Part shown: in pieces, positions 48,422 through 56,990 of the stretch
Numbering within the stretch: position 1 is the first letter of the stretch
Layout: each line of letters starts with the position of its first letter
Assembly (NCBI GenBank): GCA_964396385.1
Contig: CAYNFH010000002.1
Location: 1,047 to 65,046 of the forward strand
DNA length: 64,000 nucleotides
Reading direction: 5' to 3'
DNA from: an uncultured Chthonomonadaceae bacterium
Lineage (GTDB): Bacteria > Armatimonadota > Chthonomonadetes > Chthonomonadales > CAJBBX01
Program-made: the position numbers and the translations under genes
The notes under the pieces: generated by a model
Told to the model about the DNA's origin: nothing
What the model saw: the letters and a program-made list of their open reading frames with translations, nothing else
The model's database searches: none

Positions 48422-49261
48422 CTACTCATCGCCCTTGGCAAATAGCACTGCGGAAAGGGCGGTGAGGGCGATGCCGGCGGCCAGGCTGAAGAGGTACCGG
48501 GCGCCCATCCCGTCCTTGGGCCTGCGGGGCTTCGCCGGCAGGTTGTACGCATTGGGGTGGTCCTTGAGCAGGAAGAAAGCGTTCAGCCGACTGTAGGAAT
48601 CGGTCTCCTCTTCTCCATAGAGGTAGGCGTCTGTCTCGCCGCGCGCGTGCAGCTCCTCCACGCGTCTGCGCGCCTTGTCGCGGAGCTCGTTCACCGGTCC
48701 AAACTGGATGGATTCCGTCGGGCATGCTTTGGCGCAGGCCGGCTCCAGACCGCCTCGCTGCCGGTCGTAACAGAGCGTACACTTGTGGACGTGGCCGTCC
48801 ACCTTGCTCCGGCCCAGCACCCCGAACGGGCAGGCCACGATACAGTAGCCGCACCCATTGCAGATATCCGGCTGGACGTAGACGTCGCCGAACTCGTTGT
48901 AGATGAGCGAGCCGGTGGGGCAGGCGTTCTGGCACGGGGCGTCTTCGCAGTGCTTGCAGACGTCGCTCATCATCAGCCAGCGGGGCCGGCCACGCGCGTC
49001 CGTCTGCTCCGTGAAGGCGACGTGCCGCCAGGTGGTCTCGGAGAGATGGCCCGTGTTGTCGTAGCTGTTGCCGGTCCACTTCAGCCCGTCCGAGGGGAGC
49101 TGGTTCCACTGCTTGCACGCCACCTCACACGCCTTGCAGCCGATGCACAGCGTGGTGTCCGTGAAGAAGCCCATCTGCGGCTTCTCACGGCGCGCATCCT
49201 GCACGCGCAGCACCTCGTCTTGCGGCGCAAGGGCGAAGACGTTGCGTATGTCTGCTAACAA
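48422..49261 (-). CDS. Formate dehydrogenase iron-sulfur (beta) subunit, FdnH/FdoH-like, with C-terminal membrane anchor
   Basis: CIGCKACEVACKQWN, CKHCEDAPCQNACP, CNGCGYCIVACPF and CTLCYDR ferredoxin motifs. C-terminal hydrophobic helix. TTG start with GGAG SD. Confidence 0.9.
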   Translation of the reverse strand: MLADIRNVFALAPQDEVLRVQDARREKPQMGFFTDTTLCIGCKACEVACKQWNQLPSDGLKWTGNSYDNTGHLSETTWRHVAFTEQTDARGRPRWLMMSDVCKHCEDAPCQNACPTGSLIYNEFGDVYVQPDICNGCGYCIVACPFGVLGRSKVDGHVHKCTLCYDRQRGGLEPACAKACPTESIQFGPVNELRDKARRRVEELHARGETDAYLYGEEETDSYSRLNAFFLLKDHPNAYNLPAKPRRPKDGMGARYLFSLAAGIALTALSAVLFAKGDE

Positions 49262-49276
49262 AGCAGTCTCCTAGAG

Positions 49277-49343
49277 ATTTTCAATTTTCGATTTTCAATT
49301 GCCGGCCCGCAAGTCCGAAATGGAAAATTGGAAATTGAAAATC
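49277..49343 (-). other. 24-bp AT-rich imperfect hairpin formed by two complementary heptamer arrays around a GC-rich loop, between fdhA and fdhB
   Basis: attttcaattttcgattttcaatt (49277-49300) pairs with aatggaaaattggaaattgaaaat (49319-49342). That is 21/24 Watson-Crick pairs plus 2 G-U, with an 18-nt loop gccggcccgcaagtccga. Confidence 0.8.
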
Positions 49344-52300
49344 ACCTGAACTGTCCTTCCGGCTGCGCAGCCCTCGGGGTATCCGGGGCCGGTTCGCGAG
49401 TGGGCCAGGGAGCGTAGGGCTGCGTCGGCTCCGTGGGCGTCTCCTCCACCCGGCCGGGGCGCACCTGGCAGGAGAACACCTTGCCCTCGTGCATGCTCAC
49501 GTTGGGATCCGCCACCAGCGAGGTAAGGTCGTTGGCGTTGCTGCCCACGGTCTCCCCGGCGTAGCCCCAGTGGAACGGCAGCCCGATCTGGTGAATGGTG
49601 CGCCCCTCCACCACCATCGGGCGAATGCGGCGGGTCACCATGGCGCGCGCAGAGATGGAGGCGCGCGCCGTGCTCACGGTTACCCAGCTCCCATGCTGGA
49701 TGCCCCTCTCGGCCGCCAGCTCCGGGCTCATCTCCACGAACATCTCCGGCTGGAGCTCGTTGAGCCAGCTATTGAACCGGCTCATGGGGCCGCTCAGGTA
49801 GTGCTCCGTGAGCCGGAACGTGGTGCCGACAATCGGGTACTCCTCGGTCGGGCCCTGCGCGATAACGTTGAGCGGCCCCTCGAAGAGGCGAACGGTGGGG
49901 CTCTCCTGCTGCTTGTACAGGGGATTGCGGACGGGAGACTCCACCGGCTCGTAGTGGGTGGGGAATGGCCCGTCCTTGGTGCCGCCCGGCGCGAAGATCC
50001 AGCCGCGGCCATCCGGCTTCATGATGAACGGCGCGTCGCCTGCGATGGCCTCCATGCCCTTCGCTCCGGGGCTTGGGCGGTAGTCCGGCGGCTTGTTAGG
50101 CTCGAAGTCCGGCTCATCGATCCCGACCCACTTCCGCTCCTTCTCGTCCCACCAGATGTACTTCTTCCGCTCCGACCACGGACGGCCCTGCGGGTCTGCC
50201 GAGCAGCGGTTGTACATCATGCGACGGTTGTGCGGCCAGGCAAAGCCCCACTCCGGCTGCACCCGGTTGTTGGTGATCTTCCGCTCCCGCGCCCGGTTCC
50301 GGTTGTACGCGGGGAAGACGCCGCTGTAGATCCAGCAGCCGCAGGCGGTAGTCCCATCGTCCTTGCACTCCGAAAAGCCGCTCAGGAGCAGGGGCTTGCC
50401 GTTGTTGGGATCGGTCTGATTCAGGTGGTATCCATTAACCTCCTGCATCACTTTCTCTACGTCCGGCTCGCCTTCTATGCGGGTCATACGGCCGTCCGGC
50501 AGTCGGGGCGGATCCTCGTGCTCGTACTCCCACGTGAGGTTCTGGATGGCCGCGTCCCGGGGATCCAGGGAGCCGGCGTACATCGCCTTGAGCCGCTTGC
50601 CCAGGTTATAGACAAACCAGGCGTCCGAGCGACAGTCGTCCGGAGGGTCCACGGCCTTGTCGTGCCACTGGACCAGGCGCTGCGTGTTGGTAAAGCTGCC
50701 CTCCTTCTCCGGGGCGGCGGCGGCCGGCACGAAGAAGACTTCCGTCTTGATCTGGTCCGGCGGCGGGCCGGTCGGATCGTTTTTCCAGAAAGTAGCGCTC
50801 TCCGTCTCAAACCAGTCCGCCACCACCAGCCAATCGAGCTGGCGGAGTCCCGCCCGGTGCAGGCCCGCGTTGGGGCCGCCGCCGCCAGGGTTCTGGCCGA
50901 AGAGGAAGTACCCTTTCATCTCGCCGCGACTCATACGGTCGAAGGTGGGGAGCTGCGAGTAGTCGCCATCCAGCCGCGGGATCCAGCCGAAGCCCCAGTC
51001 GTTCTCCTTCGTCGCGGCGGGGCCGAACCACGCCTTGAGCAGGCTCACCGCGAATTTCGGGAAGTTAGCCCAGTAGCCCTCTGTCATTCCCTCATAGTCG
51101 CAGTAGCCCTGTAGGGTGCTATGGTGCTCGTCCGCGATGGGCTGCGGCAGGTAGCCAGGAAGCAGATCGTAGAGGGTCGGGATGTCCGTGGAGCCCTGGA
51201 TGGAGCAGTGGCCGCGGAGCGCCATAATGCCTCCGCCCGGGCGGCCCATGTTGCCCAGCAGAAGCTGGATAATGCCGGCCGTGCGGATGATCTGAACTCC
51301 CGTGGTGTGCTGCGTCCAGCCGACGGCGTAGCAGATAGCGCTGGTCCGATCCGGTCCCGAGTTGCGGCAGAGCGTCTCCGCGACCTCGATTAGCTCTTCC
51401 GGCGAGCAGCCGCAAATGTCCGCGACCACCTCCGGCGTGTACCGCTCGTAGTGGCGGCGCAAGTACTGGAATACGGAGCGCGGGTTCTGCAGAGTCTCGT
51501 CCCGTGGGGGCTGGCCACCCGGCTCCTCCGTGGGACCGGACTTGCGCGAAGTATGGGAGCTGGCGCCGCCCATCAGGCCGGGGCCGTGGACGCCGTGGCG
51601 CCCGGACTGGGATTTGGCCTCTCCCCCACCGGCGCGCGTCTCACCTTTCGCCGCTTTACGGCCCTTGGCCTGGGCCTTCTCCTCCGCCGTGGACCCGGCG
51701 TACCCCCACTTGCCCTTGGCGCTGTCGTAGGTATGCTGCTCCGGGTTGTAGCCGCTGAAGATGCCCCCAAGCTCCTCCGCGTCCTGGAACCCCTCCTCCA
51801 CGATGGTGGACGCGTTGGTAAAGGCGAGCACGTACTCCTTGAACCACCTGTCGCGGGTCAGGATGTAGTTGATGATGCCGCCGAGGAAGGCGATGTCACT
51901 GCCGGCGCGGATCTGCACGTGCCGGTTGCACATGGCGGATGTGCGCGAGAAGCGCGGGTCCACGTGGATGAGCGTGGCGCCCTTCTCGCGCGCCCGCATG
52001 GGATAACGGAACCCTACCGGATGGGCCTCCGCCATGTTGGAGCCCATGATCAGGATGCAGTCGCTATTCTCAAGGTCTTGCTGGAAGGTGGTGGCCGCTC
52101 CGCGTCCAAAGGAGGCGCCCAGACCGGGCACCGAGGCGGAGTGTCATATACGGGCCTGGTTTTCGATGGAGAGAACCCCCAGCCCGCCGCTGAACAGCTT
52201 CTTGATAAGGTAGTTCTCTTCGTTGTCAAGCGTGGCTCCGCCGAGGGTCCCGAATGACTTTACAGGCGGGTTGTGGGGTATGCCGGTATTGGTTGAGGGT

Positions 52301-52779
52301 TGAGGGTTGAGGGTTGACAAGCCGGGATCCGGATTCCGCTCTCTCGGCTCTCGACTCTGGACTTTCGACTCCGGTTGCTCCCCCTCTCTCAGTTCCGCGT
52401 CTCGCGTCTCCTTCACGCGGCGCGCGATCTGTTCCATCGCCCACTCCAGCGTCCTCGTCTCCCACCGGTCGGAGTAGGGAGCACGGTACAGGACCTGGGT
52501 GATGCGGTGCGGGTTGACCGCGAGCTGATAGCTATTGGCGCCCTTGGGGCATAGCGTGCCCTCGTTGATGGGGCTGCGCGGGTTGCCCTCGATGTCTATC
52601 ACCTTGCCGCGTTTGGTGTAGACCAGCAGGCCGCATCCCACGGCGCAGTACGGGCAGACGCTCTCCGTGACGGTGGCGCCCTCTATGCGCGGATGCTTCT
52701 CGATGGACTGGGGGCTGTACGGCTGCGGCGGCTTCTGGGCCGCCTTATTCGCGTTGAGGCGGTACGGACTCAAGGCCAT
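49342..52779 (-). CDS. fdhA: Formate dehydrogenase catalytic (alpha) subunit, molybdopterin oxidoreductase, selenocysteine-containing (UGA at 52144-52146)
   Basis: The two track ORFs (49342-52131 and 52144-52974) are one gene: IENQARI-UGA-HSASVPGLGASFGRGA parallels E. coli FdnG/FdhF around Sec. N-terminal CPYCAVGCG Fe-S motif. GGAGGAG SD before ATG 52779. Confidence 0.9.
52098..52143 (-). promoter_or_regulatory. SECIS-like hairpin immediately 3' of the UGA
   Basis: mRNA is UGA CAC UCC GCC UCG GUG CCC GGU CUG GGC GCC. The upper stem GGUGCC/GGCGCC carries a CGGUCUG loop. GGUCUG lies the same distance from UGA as I recall for E. coli fdhF. An outer stem CUCCGC/GCGGAG is also possible. Confidence 0.65.
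52291..52374. repeat. Composite heptamer element (GAGGGTT)4 - GCCGGGATCCGGATTCCGC - (degenerate GAGTCGA)n inside the fdhA CDS
   Basis: ggttgagggttgagggttgagggttgacaagccgggatccggattccgctctctcggctctcgactctggactttcgactccgg, encoding ESKVQSREPRERNPDPGLSTLNPQPST. Confidence 0.9.
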
Positions 52780-53010
52780 GCGGAAACTCCTCCGGAAAGG
52801 GCGCGTTGCGCCCGACGCTACATCTCGCGGCGCGACACGGCAGCCCTCAAGGCTTGACGGCCCGGCCCGACCGCAAGTTCCCTTGCCTGCCGGGCCGCCA
52901 ATTCCTTCGGATTTCGATAAGCCGCCGCTCGATTCCCGCCATGCCTCAGGGAGCGCCGCCCCGATCCTGTGCAAGCCTGTCGCAGGGTGACTCGGTGGCG
53001 GTTCGAGTGT

Positions 53011-53217
53011 TGGCCGTTCACGGTCCGGCAGAAACTCCCGTGCATCTGGGTGCCACTTACAGAAGGCGAGCCAGAAGTAGTCCTGGACCTTCAGGCCGCC
53101 TTCGACTCAGTCTACGACGAAGGAGCCTACGCCCGCCGCATAGACTACTCCAAGCCCCCGGCAGTCTCGCTCTCACCCTCTGATGCGAATTGGGCTGCCT
53201 CTCTTCTGAAAAGGTAA
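53011..53217 (+). pseudogene. 3' fragment of a DUF4058-family gene
   Basis: IWVPLTEGEPEVVLDLQAAFDSVYDEGAYARRIDYSKPPAVSLSPSDANWAASLL matches my recollection of the conserved DUF4058 C-terminus. The ~180 N-terminal residues are absent. Confidence 0.5.
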
Positions 53218-53233
53218 TGGTGACACTGCACCC

Positions 53234-54157
53234 TCAATCAACGTGATCCGTCGGGCGCACGTTCGACTTGTTCTCCTCCAGCCATATCGCCTCGTTGACC
53301 AGCCGTGGAGGCAGCAGTTTTCCAGCCAGATGGGAATACTCCTTCGGGAGCCATTCCTCCCGAATCCGAGTGTCATGGCACCATTGTACGAAGGCCTCGG
53401 GATCCTCCGGCAGTCCGTACCTTCTGTGCGCGGTTCCGAGGAACACGCTGTCCGGCTTGTAGCCGCTTAACCACTCGATTCGGCCCTCGCGCCAGAGCCA
53501 CAGCAGCCAATCGCAAATCATGTAGGCTGACAGAGCAGGGCCGACATTGTAGAAGTCCCGCTCAACTGCTTTGATCCAGTTCTGCTCGGCGGCTAGAACG
53601 TCTCGCCCCAGGGCCGGCTCAATCGGGCATACTCGATCCAAGTATCCGCGAAAGCTGGAACCGTGCTCCGTGAGCAGTGCCGAGTTCTGAATGTACGACC
53701 GGATCATGCCGTTCGTTGCGTGCGAAATGTGATGCCCCCGAAGCGATGCAATTGCCTCCGCTAAGATCCGCGTTGCGGCGTTGCCAGACGCACCTACCAG
53801 CAGCTCCATTAACGGCCGGATTCCCTGGCGTTTCAGTTCCGCCGGCCGCATCGGATTGCTGTGAAGGATCAGCGCCTGTTTCGCATCGGAATCGTCCCAT
53901 AGGAGTGCAAGGCCCTGAATCAAGCTCTTGCTGTCTCGCCAACGCTCCCGCAATCCGCGGTAGCTTGGATCGGATGGGTTGGTCCCTTCGTTCGGGCCGC
54001 CGGTGAAAATGTCCGCTCGGAAGCCTTGCATGTCCTGGCTGTGGGCGAAGAAGAGCCGCCAGTTCATCTCCTCCTCGTTGTCCGGGACGCACACTCCATC
54101 GCCGGAAAGGATCTTGGGACACCACTTTGTCAGCACCGCGTCTACCTTATCCATCAT
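53234..54157 (-). CDS. Hypothetical 307-aa protein, possibly HhH-GPD-like, translationally coupled to the NADAR gene
   Basis: ATG 54157 overlaps the NADAR TGA (ATGA) and has a GAGGAGGA SD. FYNVGPALSAYMICDW...KPDSVFLGTAHRRYGL loosely resembles the HhH-GPD hairpin plus Asp region. Confidence 0.7.
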   Translation of the reverse strand: MMDKVDAVLTKWCPKILSGDGVCVPDNEEEMNWRLFFAHSQDMQGFRADIFTGGPNEGTNPSDPSYRGLRERWRDSKSLIQGLALLWDDSDAKQALILHSNPMRPAELKRQGIRPLMELLVGASGNAATRILAEAIASLRGHHISHATNGMIRSYIQNSALLTEHGSSFRGYLDRVCPIEPALGRDVLAAEQNWIKAVERDFYNVGPALSAYMICDWLLWLWREGRIEWLSGYKPDSVFLGTAHRRYGLPEDPEAFVQWCHDTRIREEWLPKEYSHLAGKLLPPRLVNEAIWLEENKSNVRPTDHVD

Positions 54158-54612
54158 CGCTGTCCTCCTCTCTCTGCCTGAATCGCCCTGCGCTCGGCCA
54201 TCAGTATTCTGCCAAGCCAGTTCAGTCCCGTGCCACAGGTCCGCCGCTTGCCACAGGTACAGTTTCCCCAATAGTTGTCGTGCCAGGTGTTACCTTCCAC
54301 CAGCTCCTCGTCGCCCGTGTTCGCCAGAGCCTCGCCGAGCGCCTGATTGGTAAACTTGCCTCGAACAAGTTGCTTCATTATCTGCACCCGTTCGTAGTCC
54401 CAGTTAGGCCTCAACTCCACCTTCTTGCCCATCCGCTTGGCAAGTGCGGGGGGCACGGTCTCGAATGGCCTCCGCTCCTCTACGTTGAGAGTCTTTGCAG
54501 CCTGGAAGGCGTTCTCAACGGTGGGATACATGACGCCTTCGTATTCCACTCCGCCCTCCACCGGAAAGAAGTTTGACAGGAACGCGTATTCACCACGAAA
54601 CGAATCGATCAA
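54154..54612 (-). CDS. NADAR (DUF1768/YbiA-like) domain protein
   Basis: TTG 54612 lies 7 nt after GGAG. IDSFRGEYAFLSNFFP...GVMYPTVENAFQAAK...VEGNTWHDNYWG is the NADAR signature. 152 aa. Confidence 0.8.
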   Translation of the reverse strand: MIDSFRGEYAFLSNFFPVEGGVEYEGVMYPTVENAFQAAKTLNVEERRPFETVPPALAKRMGKKVELRPNWDYERVQIMKQLVRGKFTNQALGEALANTGDEELVEGNTWHDNYWGNCTCGKRRTCGTGLNWLGRILMAERRAIQAERGGQR

Positions 54613-54670
54613 TACTCTTCTCCTCTCTGCGGTTCTCAATGTGCTTGGCCGGCAGCGTTGTCCGACGCAA

Positions 54671-54716
54671 CAAAAAAGCAGCGCAACCGATGCAGGCGGA
54701 TACGCCTGCGGTTGCC
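54671..54716 (-). terminator. Rho-independent terminator between the small antitoxin-like gene and the NADAR operon
   Basis: Minus strand reads GCAACCGCAGGCG-tatc-CGCCTGCATCGGTTGC followed by GCTGCTTTTTTG. Confidence 0.75.
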
Positions 54717-54810
54717 CTGCCGTGTACACTCTCTCGACCGGGTTCCGACATCGAGAGCGGCTATTTGGTTATTCCTACACGTCTATTGTACTGGAGTGAT
54801 CAGCCAAGCG

Positions 54811-55011
54811 TCAAGGATGAGATTGAGTGCCGTGCAGCAGTTTCCGCGACTTGGCCCGGAGGATGGCGATGAAGTGGCTGGCACGGATGTAGGTTTCGTA
54901 CTCCTCCCGCTCTTCGGGTGTGAGCTGACCCTCGGTTGACTTTTCTGCCAGCGTGTCAGTCCGCCTCTGAAGCTGCGGAGAGGCACGCAGCTCCACAATC
55001 CTCTTCGCCAC
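54811..55011 (-). CDS. Small antitoxin-like protein of a common uncharacterised family; canonical start missing or N-terminally truncated
   Basis: QLQRRTDTLAEKSTEGQLTPEEREEYETYIRASHFIAILRAKSRKLL. The family-like sequence (EAITLDRLLDPLGRCLTSEVAKRIVEL) continues upstream in frame to a TAG, with no ATG/GTG/TTG before GTG 55011. Confidence 0.5.
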   Translation of the reverse strand: MAKRIVELRASPQLQRRTDTLAEKSTEGQLTPEEREEYETYIRASHFIAILRAKSRKLLHGTQSHP

Positions 55012-55114
55012 CTCAGACGTTAAGCACCGGCCCAGAGGGTCCAGAAGTCTGTCCAGAGTGATAGCTTCACGTGTCTCGCTCGCGAACCGATTCTACCACG
55101 GGAACAACCGCTCG

Positions 55115-55270
55115 CCTCCCGCCGTTGAATACGCTACGTCAAGAAGGCGGAAGGAAGAGCAAAATGCGGCGGAGAGTGAGTGAGGCGGGGTTGGCGCCGG
55201 CGAGCGAGGGGCGGCTGCTGGCGCTGCTGGGCACGGCGCTCGGGGCGGTCATGGGCGAGCAGCAGCAGAA
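55115..55270 (+). repeat. Left copy of a ~160-bp direct repeat (diverged duplicate of the esterase promoter and 5' end)
   Basis: cctcccgccgttgaatacgct...ggaagagcaaaatg...ggcgccggcgagcgaggggcggctgctgg...gggcgagcagc matches 56228-56385 with scattered mismatches. Confidence 0.75.
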
Positions 55271-55418
55271 CTAGGTCAGTTGTCTGGTGATCGGCAGGCC
55301 TTCAGCCCCGTCCCTGTCCGTACCGTGCGGGTAACGCCATGGATGCATTGAATGGGACCCACGAAGTCCGACAGGCTTCTGTGCCTCCTGGTGCCGCTTC
55401 CTCAATCAAAGTGTTACA

Positions 55419-55772
55419 ATGAACACAACGCGGCGCTCGGGACAAGGACAGCAAGGAACAAGAATGAGTGGAACCGTAGGACTGACTGGGGCCAGGAGAC
55501 GTTCAACCCCCTCGGCCGGACAGATTGTTGACCTATTCCTTTCGCAGGTAGCTGCGATACCGGGAGTGCTTGAAGCGAAGGCTCTCAGTCCGGGAACACC
55601 AGAAGGCCAGCCGATCCTCGTCCGCATCCAACGGAGAAATCTGGACGCTGAGCGGAGGGTATACAGCCTGGAGGGCGAGATGTACGATCAGCACCCGGAT
55701 GCGCGCCTGGAGGTGCTGATTGAAGAGGCGGACGAGCCCGGCTGCAGAGCCGAGGATCTGAGCTCCGTCTGA
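55419..55772 (+). CDS. Hypothetical protein (first gene of a two-gene cassette); start uncertain
   Basis: 117-aa ORF; the region IVDLFLSQVAAIPGVLEAKAL...ILVRIQRRNLDAERRVYSLEGEMYDQHPDARLEVLIEE looks protein-like. No family recognised. Confidence 0.45.
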   Translation: MNTTRRSGQGQQGTRMSGTVGLTGARRRSTPSAGQIVDLFLSQVAAIPGVLEAKALSPGTPEGQPILVRIQRRNLDAERRVYSLEGEMYDQHPDARLEVLIEEADEPGCRAEDLSSV

Positions 55773-55784
55773 CGCACCTGCGTA

Positions 55785-56198
55785 ATGGCTCTCACTAGAT
55801 CCCTCGCGCTCGCGCACCTGGAGCAGGCACGTAGCAACTACAGATTGTATCAACGCCTCAAAGGCGAGGGTGATCACCTCGACTGGGCGGCGACACTCCT
55901 CTTCTACACGGCTCTTCAGCTTGCGCAAGCCTATCTCGTGGAAGTCGCTTCGGACGGCTTCGACTACCCGCGGGGACATACAGACCGCGAGAGCTTCATC
56001 CGTCGGCGCATTCCCGAAATCTTCGAGCCGTTCAGATTCCTCGAAACGCGAAGCAGGTGGGCTCGCTATCACCAGGATCGCCCCGACCCTACGGTCGCAG
56101 ATCTCGATCAGTACGAACGCTCCTGGTTCACGCCTGTAGTTGATGCCATGTCAAAGAGAGGTGTTTCCCTGGTCGAATCGGAGGTTCAATCGTCCTAA
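55785..56198 (+). CDS. HEPN-like domain protein (tentative)
   Basis: 137 aa and helical. LDWAATLLFYTALQLAQAYL and a C-terminal R-x4-H (RWARYH) fit the HEPN pattern. It follows the upstream ORF by 12 nt. Confidence 0.45.
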   Translation: MALTRSLALAHLEQARSNYRLYQRLKGEGDHLDWAATLLFYTALQLAQAYLVEVASDGFDYPRGHTDRESFIRRRIPEIFEPFRFLETRSRWARYHQDRPDPTVADLDQYERSWFTPVVDAMSKRGVSLVESEVQSS

Positions 56199-56227
56199 CC
56201 ACCGCCACGGACTGGAACATCGGGACT

Positions 56228-56385
56228 CCTCCTGCCGTTGAATACGCTGCCTTAGGAAGATGGAGGGAAGAGCAAGATGGGGAGCGGAGTTGGGGCGGGA
56301 ATGGCGCCAGCGAGCGAGGGGCGGCTGCTGGCTCGGCCTGGCGCAGTGTCGGGGGCCGCAGTCACGGGCGAGCAGCGGCTGGGGA
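56228..56385 (+). repeat. Right copy of the ~160-bp direct repeat (functional 5' end of the esterase gene)
   Basis: See 55115-55270. Confidence 0.75.
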
Positions 56386-56990
56386 CTGGCGGACGGAGGG
56401 AGGCGATCCTCTACGTGCCGCCAGGATACACGCCGGAGAGCCCCGCGCCGTTCGCGCTGTCGCTCCACGGAGCAGGCGGCCGGGCGGAGAATGGGCTGTG
56501 GCCACTGCGTGAGCTGGCCGATTCGGCGGGCATTATCCTGCTCGCGCCCAGCTCGCGGCGGCAGACCTGGGACCTGCTGACGGGAGGCTTCGGTCCGGAC
56601 GTGGCCGTGCTGGACGATGCGCTCCGCCAGACCTTCGACCGGTATGCCGTCGACCCCCATCGCCTCGCCATCGGCGGATTCTCGGACGGGGCTTCCTACG
56701 CGCTCACGCTCGGATTGATGAACGGCGACATGTTCACCCACATCCTGGCCTACTCGCCCGGGTTCATGGCCCCCATGGACCAGCGGGGCTCGCCGCGGGT
56801 CTACATCTCCCACGGAACGAACGATTCGGTGCTCGCCATAGACCGGTGCAGCCGCCGGATCGTCCCACAGCTTCAGCGGGCGGGCTACGATGTAACGTAT
56901 CGCGAGTTTATGGGGCCGCACACGGTACCGCCGGAGATTGCACGGGAATCTTTGAGCTGGTTGCTTGGCGCACCGGTAAAGCAGAGCTAG
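56277..56990 (+). CDS. Phospholipase/carboxylesterase-type alpha/beta hydrolase
   Basis: LSLHGAGG, nucleophile elbow GFSDGA and ISHGTNDSV. Confidence 0.8.
   Translation: MGSGVGAGMAPASEGRLLARPGAVSGAAVTGEQRLGTGGRREAILYVPPGYTPESPAPFALSLHGAGGRAENGLWPLRELADSAGIILLAPSSRRQTWDLLTGGFGPDVAVLDDALRQTFDRYAVDPHRLAIGGFSDGASYALTLGLMNGDMFTHILAYSPGFMAPMDQRGSPRVYISHGTNDSVLAIDRCSRRIVPQLQRAGYDVTYREFMGPHTVPPEIARESLSWLLGAPVKQS

Noticed and set aside
49489-51114. 541-aa plus-strand ORF
   Set aside because: It is antisense to fdhA, with shadow-ORF composition.
52131-52146. Apparent split or frameshift of the formate dehydrogenase alpha subunit (pseudogene)
   Set aside because: The interrupting codon is an in-frame TGA at the conserved Sec position and is followed by a SECIS-like hairpin. 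I interpret it as selenocysteine recoding.
54613-54670. Promoter for the NADAR operon downstream of the terminator
   Set aside because: Only poor hexamer candidates with wrong spacing are visible, so I did not call one.
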